Of a stretch of DNA of 64,000 bases, positions 1-11,218 are shown one piece after another; position 1 is the first letter of the stretch; every line of letters begins with the position of its first letter. Source of the stretch: Gnetum montanum (Eukaryota; Plantae; Gnetophyta); contig MNCI01003159.1 of NCBI GenBank assembly GCA_015680685.1, forward strand, positions 321,823-385,822, read 5' to 3'. The notes beneath the pieces are model-generated. The model was not told the DNA's origin, did not search any database, and saw only the letters and a list, made by a program, of their open reading frames with translations. The position numbers and the translations under genes are program-made.

Positions 1-328
1 AAAAAGACAAAAAAGACAAAAAGATAAAACTAGAAATTGAAAAATGAAAAAATGGAAAACAAAAAGTTGTAAAATTGAAGAAAATGAAAAATATTTATTA
101 ATCTTGCCTATTATTAAAATGGGGGATATCCCCCATAACGAAACGGTTGAGGATGGCAAAGATTAATAAATGAAAGATGAGGATCCTTGCATGTTGGAAA
201 TATTGGGACCTGGTCATGCTTACCCCATTGGGGTTCACACACCTGATTATAGTAAGCATAGTGAAGCAATTTATAAGATGTAGTTTCCGGATAACGAGTT
301 GACCCACTATGATAATTGGGACCAGTAG

Positions 329-1356
329 TGTTCTCTCTCCACCCACGGCAGCTCCTACAGAAGTGGTTTCCAGCCGAACCGCGCTGGATGAAACTGTGGA
401 GGGGTATCCTCCCGGAGAAAATAAAAGCCTTCGGGTGGCTGATCCTTCATCAGGCCCTCCCTGTTCACGTCGCTCTGCAGTCTCGGGGACTGGATATCAA
501 TACCCAGTGCCCTCTGTGTAACCAGCATGCAGAAACTTTGAAGCACTTCGTACACGATTGCCAGGTGACCACGCAGTTGTGGCGAATGGCTGGACTCCAC
601 ACCCCTGAATTCTATGGGAATTCGACTACGTTGGCGGCCCTCTGGATCCTGTGGTGGGCTAGGAATGATTACATTTTCAAGGGAGCAGCTCTGTCATCCG
701 TGAGCATCCTCTCTAACAGGATTGGCAAGTTTTGGTAGGAAATCACCTCCGCTATGGCGCCGCTACAAACGCAAACACAGCAGGTTTTTGAGAGATTGCG
801 TTATAGGACCACCCCCCATGTCGTGAACCAGAGCCTGGTGCCCCAGGGGCAAAACCTGGAGGAGGAGAGGCACGAGAAAAAAGGGGGGGCCATTGACATT
901 CCCGGGGAGCAAAGCCTGAACTTCCCTGCGCAGGATTGGATGGAGAGCATCCCCAACAAGCAAAAGACCGGCATCGCCCAGATTATCGAAGAANTCCTTG
1001 CATACCATCTACTGGTCCCAATTTTTTTTTGAAAAAGGTCGAGATGATTAATTTCCAAAAAAGATGCTATACATATGTACAGCGCGGGCCAGGGCCGCTG
1101 GCCCCATGCCGGCAAGGAAAACCACCGGAAACACTCTTAGGGCCACCCCGCCATAGGTTTGCCAGCCGGCGGAAGGTTAGCCAAACCATAAAAAAAAAAC
1201 AAACAATTCCTCAATCGAACGTCCCCCCCATTACCAGGACACACCACAGCAGCCACCGAAGTTAGTTACAGCTGCTGGTACTGGGCTGGTCGGGTCCGGC
1301 AGCACGGCAACGCTAGTTTTCTTCGATAATCTGGGCGATGCCGGTCTTTTGCTTGT
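329..1356 (+). mobile_element. 5'-truncated L1-type LINE (zf-RVT region, 3'UTR, poly-A); its 3' part (995-1356) is in reverse orientation between two N bases
   Basis: ORF 316..738 has the plant L1 zf-RVT signature (WMKLWRGILPEKIKAFGWLILHQALP..CPLC..ETLKHFVHDC..LWILWWARN). 15-bp TSD AATTGGGACCAGTAG at 314-328, with its reverse complement at 1009-1023 next to a T-run (poly-A on -). Confidence 0.85.
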
Positions 1357-2778
1357 NACTATGGTGTAGACACCTTAGGAACAGTTGGTGGCGATGTAGA
1401 AGGAGGGAAAGGATGAGAATGTTGAAAATTAGGAAAAGCAGGAGAAGTGTAAGGTGCACAAGGCGGTGGTTATGTTGAGGACATGGGCTGATAGTATTGA
1501 GGAGAATGATGATGCAGTGAGATAGAGTATGTTGGCCCAGTTGGAGAAACAGGGTATTGGACTAGATAAGCATTTGGATTCAAATGATATGAAGGGTGTC
1601 TCCAGTTTAGGGGTGGCTTCCCCACGATTGGGATTGTTGCCATTATGATCAAACACAGTATCTCTGTATGAACTTGGGATGTAACATGCTTCCCCAATGC
1701 TCATATAAATATAACAAGATTGGGCATTGGCCCTTGGGGTGATCATACAGGCAAATGTTGCATTCATACGTATGATTGGCAGTTGAGCTCTTATTTTCCT
1801 CATCCCTTCTTTCCGAATGTCTAATGACATTTTGTCCTACTTCTTGGGTTGTCAAAACTCTATCTCCAATAATATTGATATATTCCCCACACTTTTTATG
1901 CATCCATTCCAACCTCTTATTGATCTTTGCCTCGATTTCATCTAATGATTGTTGTATTGGCAAAGATGGTTCTTCCTCCTTGAGATTAGTTGATTTCTCC
2001 TTTTTGTGATTATGGACCTTTGTTAAGTCAAGACTTTGGTCCCGTTGATGTTTTTCAACACTTTCCCATCTATCCATTTCTCCTTCTTCTTTTGCTACCC
2101 ACTTAATAAGCTTTTGGACTTGATGGGTTTGTAGTTCGTATAGTTGACCTTGGGCATACATCCCTAGGGTTTCTCTTGTTTCATCACNNNNNNNNTTAAC
2201 GATTTATACCATACTTTTTCTTGGCCAACAAGTGTCATAGGAAAAAGCTTGAGTTTTTTCCAACCGTTATCAATGTTGTTCCATGTGCAGGCATCATGGA
2301 AGGCTTGTAAATGTTGATGCGGATCTAAGTCATAGCCTCCTGAGAAATTGGGAAAGTTGTTCAAATCGAGCTTGGGTAGGCGGCTCTCTTTACGATGCCT
2401 ACGTGAGATTCGAATAGCCTCTTGTATTTATGTTAGGCTTGTAGTGGCCAGTAGGGGTTCATCATCATTGGGTAAGTCATGCTTTCGTGCATTGGGATGA
2501 CGTTGCTTTCGTTTATGTTTATAAGAAACCCCCACCTCGGGTTGCGTACTCCAATCTTCATTGTCATATAGTTCATTGGTTCTCCAATGAACTTCTTCAC
2601 TAGACATGGCATTATTATAGTCTTGTAGGAGAGGCATGGTTATGCAATTGTGTGTGAATTTATATGTGACTTTTTATAATTATTTCTTTCTAAAAGATAT
2701 ATCGTTAATTCTTATACAGTGACCTTGTATGATATAACTAATCTAGATAACTAGCATCGTCCCCGGCAACGGCGCCAA

Positions 2779-3570
2779 TGATGAGTGGCGAGATACCCCT
2801 ACACTCAACCATACAAATATGAGCATTTCATGCATGATCTGGTCGAACTCTGCAGACGGACTAGTTGTGATATCTAGACAGTTATCCTTAGGTCGCAGTT
2901 CGTTGTCTTCCCATCTGCACTAGTGTTAACTTGTCACGTATGGTTTAGTCCAAAGTGAGGTGTATGATGTGTTTCTACGCTAACGCTACTCCTAAAGACA
3001 ATGGAAGATAATATTAACTAAGCTAAGAGAGAAAGGGTGAGAGAGAATCTAAGCTAGCCTAAGTGCGATGAGTATCCGTTCTTCGATCATCCGTACACAT
3101 CTTGGACTTCGTGCACGACTACCACTGGGATTACCAAGCGTAGATCCTAGGTACACCACTGGGTTACCAAGTAGTCACACTTAAATGCTCATGATCAAGT
3201 TGTACTCATTCTGCGTTTAACAAGAGTTTAGGGTAGAAGAGATTAACTAAGAAAGCAATAAATAACAATTAAATAAATAATTAAGCTAAGTGGATGTTGC
3301 AATGATGAAGTAATCTCAATCTTTATTGCTGGTCATGTGTGTGTCCAAGTACGTTACACTCGAATAAAGGTGTCATACAATTACAATCACCCACTGCGGG
3401 CATGCACTGGGAGGAAAAGGGTTGAGAGAAAGAACTACTAAAACTTAATACTTAAACTAAGAACTAAAAATTGATTCCTATCAAAGCTATCTACCTCTTA
3501 TTTATAGATGAGGAGACAAGCTGCGATATCACGTGCGCGATATTGCGGTTACCTAAATGGCGACTCATCA
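2779..3570 (-). repeat. 5' LTR (792 bp) of the Athila-like element
   Basis: Termini TGATGAG/CTCATCA, internal TATAAATAAGAG on - near 3500, adjacent PBS. Homologous to 3991-4818 and 63476-64000. Confidence 0.8.
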
Positions 3571-3990
3571 CTATTCTTTCTCATTCGTGATTGTGTTATG
3601 TGTGTAGATGGCGATTACACGAACAATGGACTGGGATAGGAGGAAGCACTTAGGATGGACTAGAGCTAAAGCATTTAAGCCGGGAACAAGTTTGGTCATG
3701 TGGCTATGGATAAACAATGAAAGGCGTAATCATGATGTCGGGAGCAACGCACCTCATTTTCTTTTCTCTCTCTTCAAGCTGTCGAATGAGGGTCTAGATG
3801 TCATCTATGTATAGTGTTCACCACAAAGGGCGTGAACACCAATGTTGTAATATGTTTGTCGATCCGTTCATTGAGAACTTTGAGTTTGTTATTCCTTGTC
3901 ACTGTCAGTTCTCATTCAATAAATAATCCCATACCTTCTTAATATTTTGTAAGGAACTCAAGGATGAGTTTTCATTCAGTCATGAGGGTA

Positions 3991-4818
3991 TGATGAGTCA
4001 CGATATCGAGTACGCGATATCAAGGCCTTCCAAGCAATATTGGGCATCTGATATCGAGGCTTGTCTTGTCGCCTATAAATAAGAGTGGGTGCACTTGGTT
4101 TGGGTAGTTTTGTTGAGTAGTTTGTTAATTAGTCTTAGCCCCTTACCTAAACTCTTGCCTTTTCTCCCTCTCAGAGTTAGAATTGTTTCTGCGTGCCCGC
4201 AATAGGAGTCATAAAGTGAATGGATCCTCATTCGAGCATTGTGTACTTGAGCACACCTTATGTACGGCAATAAAGATGAACTTTGTGATAAATCTTACAG
4301 CATCCAGAATAGATTAATTAATGTTAATTACAATTATTTAATGCTTTCCTTAGTTAATTAATGTTCTCTCTCTCACCCTATAACTCTCATGAGTAAGCAC
4401 ACTCAGTACGATTATGTCAAGCATGTGTGTAACGCTTGGTAACCCAGTAACGATTAGCGTTTGGTAATCTCAGTAGTGTTGCACTAGTTCAGGATGTGTA
4501 TGGCAAGTGAGAATGGATGTTGGTGTTAGGACTAGTTAAAGCATAGTTGAGTAGTTAAATTAAATTAGTTACTTAGTTATCTCTCTCCTCCCTTTATAGC
4601 ACCAGGCCATAAAACATAAAAATATATAAAAATAATATACCTCAAGTTTACTTAACCATATAATCGTGTTATACAAGTAAGCTTAGGAAGACAACGATTG
4701 ACTAACCTGTCCTTGTTCCACAAAAGTGCATAAGCACTTAGTCCTTGGAATTCGACCGGATCGTGCGTGGACGCTCGTATTCGTATGGTTGAGCGTAGGG
4801 ATACCTCGTTGCTCACCA
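3991..4818 (+). repeat. 3' LTR (828 bp) of a related Athila-like element in the opposite orientation
   Basis: Starts TGATGAG after a purine-rich GAGGGTA, has CTATAAATAAGAG at ~4073, ends CTCACCA. It is a diverged reverse complement of 2779-3570 along its length. Confidence 0.7.
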
Positions 4819-6189
4819 ACACCCCNCCCCCCCCCCCCCTCCTAACCCAAATATGGACATAATATGATTTTTTTCACCTAAATGTTGAGGCTATGACCAC
4901 TTCTGAAGCATTTTTTAGCCCCAAAAGCTAAAGTATGTGAAATTGCATCTCATGGATTACAATCTTCATATTTTACAATGAAATTTTAGCCTCAGGTTTC
5001 ATGGGATGAGGGTTATAAGGCCATAAGGTTACAACATGCATTTTCATAGTGGTGTTTCATTGGCCCCTCTTTGTTCATGTCTTAAGGATTGAAATGAGAG
5101 GCATCGACAAAGAATACAAAACATCATTGTAGGTTCATCACTAGTGTTCCCTCTCCACGCTTGATTCAGTAGTGTCAAACCATGTTAAAGAGTGCTTGTG
5201 ATGATGAGATAAGGTCATGATGAGGCAATAGAGGGTAGTTGTAGTATTTGGCTATAAAAAAATGGTCATGAGCGTTAATAATGGATTCCAAATGTTGACA
5301 TCATGGCTACAAAATAGAACTGATATGTTGTTATGTTGTGGTCATTGTAATTCATAATGTTGTATTCAATCTACGGTGATAGAAAATTAACTTGTTAAGT
5401 TATGAATTCCAAACAAAACAAGAAGAAAATATCAAGTTCAAAGGTTCAACAGCATTTGATAAATGTTGATAGAACAATATCATAAATTCAACACAAAGTA
5501 ACAAAAATTAACAAGATTCTTGTTAAATGGTGGTTGAAAAATTCAATAGAATTATCTGAAAAAAAGCTTCATCATTATTCCAAAAGAGAAACCCTTGTCA
5601 TAGAAAAAAACATGGCAATATGAAGTGCAGTAAGTAAATAAAATTTTGAAAACTTGCATAAGAACATAGGCCCTACAATTCATAAGAAGATTTATATGAA
5701 ATTAACGTTCTAAAGTGAAAATGAGCATGCCAAACCTATAAGCATAAGAAATTTGGCTCCACATTCAAAATCACAAGAAGCCCTAAAGCAGCGACTATAA
5801 TATATTTTTAAAAATGCAAGTTGAAGAACCCTGAGCAAAGGGTACTTGTCATGGCAGATTTCTCCATAGCAGCACCAGAAATTTGAATGGAAGCTCCTCT
5901 CCAACTGCCTACGCACAAGTTTCACCTCACAAAAGGTCATGTGGTAGTAAGGCATTGACATGGTGAGAACCAAAGCAAGGTCTAAATTTGCAAATTTCTT
6001 GTTCGCAATGGAGGCAGTTGTTTGGAGCAACACCAAGCAAAATAATGAGTGTAGATATTAAGTCAACACATATGCATCAATGCATATACGTTGATGCATT
6101 TACATAGGTGTAAATACATCAATGCAGCTCTATTTGCATTGATGCAAATGTACCAACATAATGTTAATAAAGGATCCTAAAAGATTAGT

Positions 6190-6345
6190 ATTCAGAGCCT
6201 TGATGCTCATCTTGTAAAGCAAGGTCTTGGGAGGGTTAGTGAATAAGCGAAAGCCTAACTCTTTAAGTGGTTGCATCCAGATTCGAACCCATGTCTTCAA
6301 CATGAGAAATGAGAACCTCATCATCACTCCAAATGTTAATCTTTG
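6190..6345 (-). mobile_element. tRNA-derived SINE, family B (Au-like)
   Basis: On -: B-box GGGTTCGAATC then AGAGTTAGGCTTTCGCTTATTCACTAACCCTCCCAAGACCTTGCTTT. The same body occurs at ~33500-33670 and ~34470-34640. Confidence 0.6.
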
Positions 6346-8295
6346 CATAACTCCAAAAACTTAGAGGTGTATCTTGGATGATACCTTTAGCACCAATAGT
6401 TTGAGTTGAGATTAAAAATAAATCCATGTGCATGGTAATTTGGCTTTTGATTTAACATTTGGAAAATTTGAATAAGTACAAATGAAAATATTTAATACAT
6501 TTCAAATTGAGGGCAATGCATGCTAGCCTTCTTGTTCGCAAGTTGATAAGTGGAAACGATAATTCAATTTGGTTAGATTTTTTAATACTTCATTCAACAT
6601 TGATGTGTGCTCTTGAGTGTTTGCAATGTGTGTTTGAGTTGGTTGTTAAGAATCTCTATTTAAATGGTTTTGCCTAGATTTACCCATGAATGATAATAAA
6701 TAGCAAGATTCATTCATTCAAATTATAACACTTTGACTTAATTTAATTTATTTTCATTACAATTTATCAATGTTATTTATCCCAATATTAACATTTTTCT
6801 CTTACATTATTCATGGCAAAATATGTGCATCAAGGCATCGAGCATTAATTATGATTAACTTGGTAATTCCATTGGTTAATTAACTTGGTTTGCCTAGAAA
6901 TTAGTTAGCCTAGTCATCCAGTAGTTATTTGTAAATCTATGTATGTAATGAAAGGTTGACAGAGCAAATGCTCATCTCGTAATGATAGTTTATGACTTTA
7001 CTTTCAATTGCATGTTTGGTTAGTCTTAATATATATTATTTTATATTATTAGTTAATTTGAGCCAAATAGGATATTCTATCATATGCCCCAACATGTTTA
7101 ATTATATAATCCAAGGCCATTATGAACGTGATAAAAAAGACAATAACCTACAATTGATCCGCACTACTTCTAGATGCTGAGACTATTCACTCATAGACTC
7201 ATGTGGTTGGATGTTGAGCATGCCCATTGTTCATCACATCTTAATTCAATTCATTATTAAATCTTAATTTATTAACCACTTAAGTGGATATGATGGTATA
7301 TCTCAAAAACTTGATAATTGAAACACACAAACCCTAATTGTGAATGGTGTCATGTATAACATAACCTAACTAAGTAGTTGTTTTACAAGGCTATAAGCAA
7401 TGAATGTGATCCTTTTATTACACATGTTGCATGTGCCATGGCCATGGCTCTAAAATTGAAGAAAAAGACCAAACAATACAAGCTTGTGGAAGCCAAATTA
7501 GAGGCAAGGGCTTTAAGACACAATAATGCCCTATTTATATCCTCGTTATGCTTCAAACATAGATGCGCTAATGTCTAATTAACAATGGAGTGATCAAATC
7601 AAAGCCTAATTATGCTTAAGTTTTAGTAAGTGATAAAATAACCAATTTTGTTATTGTGAATTAACTATCTTAGTTATATATTTAATACATATATCTATAA
7701 TTTGGCCGAGATAATCTTGCAAAAACAAAATTGAAGTTTATATATATACTTATATACATACTTTTGTGCCCTTCCAAATTTTATTCCTTATACATTGCAA
7801 TAACAAGACATAAACTTAGAAGCCACTGATTGCTTGGAGTTGGTGTTATGAATGAAATATTATTTAGTGTTACCAATCTATGACTGCTGGCTTCTCTATC
7901 AAAAGGATCTACATATATTACCATTAATTTTTACAAGATACTAACATTAATTAATTCTTCCCAACACAACTAGACAACCTTGCTTAATACAATAAATAAT
8001 GTACTATGAAATGAAAACTATTTTTGTACTTATACATATACACGTGTGTTGAAGTTTGGAGTGGGGGGGATGTGCAGGCGGTGGTGTTGTGGGGGGTAGA
8101 GGGGTGAGATGTGTGGGAAGGATTTGTTGAACCCCAAAAAACATATGTATAAAAAATTTCAAAGTATATCATATGCTTAAACATTGACTGAAAAAACCCA
8201 AGAAACAACGTACAACATGAATAACTTTCCATTTTTAGGGATGTTTACTTGGATGAACAATCTTATAGTATACGTGTTTAAAAAATAAGATAGGT

Positions 8296-8455
8296 TAAAA
8301 TAAGGTGTTAGCCTAGTGGTACAGGACTTGGCTTGTTAACCCCAAATCACATGTTTGATTCTACCATGTAGCATTGAGTTATAAACTTTTATAAATCTTG
8401 GGGTATACCTGGGTTTCAATTATTTTGTATTCCAACACCCAAAGAAAAAAAAAAG
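8296..8455 (+). mobile_element. tRNA-derived SINE, family A1
   Basis: A-box TAGCCTAGTGGT, degenerate B-box GTTTGATTC, body shared with 62396-62531, A-rich tail. Confidence 0.65.
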
Positions 8456-8879
8456 AAACAAAAGAGGAAAATTAATTGTTAGTAGGGAGGATGGTCCTAA
8501 CCTTAACAACATTTACATCATTTTTAATATCTATGCTTTAACTTAAAATAACAAGAAATATTTGATGTAGCAATAGAAAGCTTTGGTGAAATATCATCTT
8601 TTGTAAAGGATAAAGGTACAAAAGTAAATGTTGGCACATAATGTCCATCATGTTTAATCTTATGTTGAGTCTCTTTGTGACCTTATAAAGCCTAGTTATC
8701 AACAAAGATAACATCTTTTGGTAGATAATAGTCTTTTTACATACCTTATGTGCTAATTGTTCAGATTGATTAATACTTTGTGCAGTAAATGTAAAAGTAT
8801 TTACATGAGTTTTTGTCTTCTTTGGTAATTTTATTACTATTTAATCATTCTTATCATTAACATTCTCTTAATTTTTCAT

Positions 8880-9730
8880 CTATCCAGATTATTTTTTCCT
8901 AGTCTCAACTTTAACATGCTTTTTCTTTTCATTAACAATAATACCTTTTTTTTTGTTTTCAACATATCTTTTCATTAGCAAAAAGTGACATTCATTAAAT
9001 AAATGTCCTTTACAATGATAAAAATTGTAAGAATTAGGAAGATTATAGTATGTGATTGGTTGAATATAAACATTCTTACTTGCTTGTAATACCAATTCCT
9101 TGTTATGGTTAAGAAGATTAATTTCAACCAAAAAAAAAAAAAAATCCTTTCCGTATGCTTAATGAGACCAATAATACTAACAATTTTATACCTAGTTTTT
9201 TAAAAAATGAATGAATGATTAAATAATTCAACAAAACATGGAAATTTATAATATTTTTCAAATTCAACATCAAAATTTGAAGTCCACTTACAAATCATCA
9301 AAAGTACATGCTTATGTATACATGATCCTATATATAAGGCATATTGCACCTTTGAAGCATTGCTTAGCTCAACAAGGAGAAGAAAAAAAACTAGAGTAAT
9401 ACTTGATATGAATGACTCAAATTGCATGTTTTTGCATCACATCATTTAACTATGAGGCAAAACTTTGATTACAAGGAAGGTAACCCAAAATTTGAATAAA
9501 CATATATCATGATGTAAGATTGACTACTAGCGAGTGATATATATCATTAGGGAGAATAAAATTAGGTGTCTTAGTTGTATCAACATTAGTAAAATAAAAT
9601 GTCTCAGATTTTTGCTCACGAGCTTGTAAATTTGTATCCTTAGAATTAAGAAAAAATTTTGCATCAATAAAAGAAGTAGAAATTTTGGTATTACTTGAAA
9701 AAATTGGAGGTAATTTAGAATTCCCCATAG
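8880..9730 (-). pseudogene. Heavily AT-eroded LINE ORF1 remnant (DUF4283 + zf-CCHC_4-like)
   Basis: Peptides GSCIHKHVLLMICKWTSNFDVEFEKYYKFPCFVEL and VEINLL..IQPITYYNLPNSYNFYHCKGHLFNECH resemble plant L1 ORF1 motifs. Confidence 0.6.
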
Positions 9731-10763
9731 GGAAATTCTATAGAGATAACCTATTTAAGAAAAATCAAAGAGAGAAAAATTAAATCCATTGAAATTATAC
9801 ATGCACATATACATACATACATGAATATAGACATATACATATATAATGGCCGAGAGATTTTTAGTTTTTTGAAAAATCAAATCATAAAAGGAGTCTACAA
9901 TATAGGCTATGTTTTTTCGAGTTAAGTATTTTTTCCCTTTTTGTTTGTTTTGAAAACAAGGAAATCCCAATTCTATATTAGCTAAGGTTTATGGCTAGAT
10001 GTGTTAAAAAGTAGAAACGCATCTTGGTTGTCTTGAGGAACAAGGTCTGTCATGTGTTCAGTAGCGTTCTCTATGAATGTTATGGATGTATGTATTGCAT
10101 TGATTTGGTCACTTGTATAACTATCAAAGCGTCACCGGAGGCTCCTAACCTATAGGCTAATGAGTAGCCTATGTATTGTGTACTCTTGGTTTAAGATTAT
10201 TGAGAATATTAAGACGTAATGTACCTTAAATCTGCTCCGAATCCCTTTGAGGCTGAGGAGTGATGCGTAGCGGCCGCCCCTGGAAAGCAATGCCGTTATC
10301 GTGGAGGTTATCCGTGTTGTCATTGTTTGGTGTTGGCGCCTCCTTAATTTTGGCTTCACGGGGGCCATTTACAAGGGCACTCTGGTTCCGTAGCTATGGA
10401 TGTGTAAAGAAATGCGCTTAATTACACTTAAAAAAGTTATCTTATTTAAAGGTTAGGATACGTGACGCTATAAAGCAACTTAAGCCAAATTTTGTTTCCC
10501 TAGGCAAACCTGTGGACGTTTGTTTTTTAGTAACTGAAACCACGAACGCCGACGGATTTGCTCCAGACGCTTCTTCGCACAGCCAAATTCACAGGATCGC
10601 GCAGTTTGCAGCCGCCCCCCCTGCAACTGAACGTCATCAGGTAAGTTAGCTCACTCACTCTGTTTCTGGATTTTCAGATTTTGAGCTCCTGTCGTCTGTG
10701 CTTGATTTCGATAACTTTTCCGAAAAGTTGTCCGGCGACGAATTCATACAACGAAAGAAGGAT

Positions 10764-10772
10764 TTAGGGTTT
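10764..10772 (-). promoter_or_regulatory. telo-box (AAACCCTAA) just upstream of the eRF3 start codon
   Basis: TTAGGGTTT on +, ~30 nt before the ATG. Telo-boxes are typical of plant translation-machinery genes. Confidence 0.55.
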
Positions 10773-10803
10773 CGGGAGAAGAAATCCACGGTAGGGCAAG
10801 ATC

Positions 10804-11169
10804 ATGGCGGCCCCAGAGTCATGGGAGGACATGGATGCGCAGCCGCCGTCGTCGAATCCGGGAGCTCATCCGAGATTGAATGCGAACGCGCCGTCCTTCA
10901 ACTGGAACGTGAACGCGCCTGTGTTTGCGCCGCCCATGGGAGGAGCTCACAATCCGTATTACCCTAGGCCTTCGCCTCAGCATTTTTACCCTGGAAATGC
11001 TCCTCCTTCGCCGTATATGCAGCAGCCCCCTTACAGGCAGCGCCCTGCTTACGCGCCAATGCCTGCGTATCATCCTCATCAGCCGCAGCCGCAGCCGCAG
11101 CCGCATCAGCGTCCCCCTGTTATGCATCATCCTGAGGCGCAAGTGCCTTTGAAATCCTCGGTCCCTTCC

Positions 11170-11218
<49 letters not shown>

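Larger units (their letters stand above)
98..3570 (-). mobile_element. Athila-like Ty3/gypsy LTR retrotransposon, 5' part (5'LTR, PBS, decayed gag), interrupted by the LINE above
   Basis: LTR 3570-2779 (TGATGAG...CTCATCA) is followed on - by PBS TGGCGCCGTTGCCGGGGA (2777-2760, Athila-type). Retrotrans_gag-like peptide FSGGYDLDPHQHLQAFHDAC..LKLFPMTLVGQEKVWYKSL (2364-2164) and a CX2CX3HX4C knuckle CNICLYDHPKGQC (ORF 1649..2161). The left boundary is uncertain. Confidence 0.8.

Noticed and set aside
2779-4818. Single foldback/Mutator-like element with ~800-bp TIRs
   Set aside because: Each arm has its own TG..CA LTR termini and TATA box. One arm abuts a PBS and the other a PPT-like tract, so they are two LTRs.
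4850-8200. Short ORFs (e.g. 5710..6036, 7378..7578) in the AT-rich region
   Set aside because: No coherent exon chain or recognisable domain. Treated as unassigned decayed repeat.
10641-10800. 5'UTR intron of eRF3 (strong donor CAG|GTAAGT at 10641)
   Set aside because: The best acceptor (10677) gives only 37 nt and the others lack a pyrimidine tract. It cannot be defined without transcripts.
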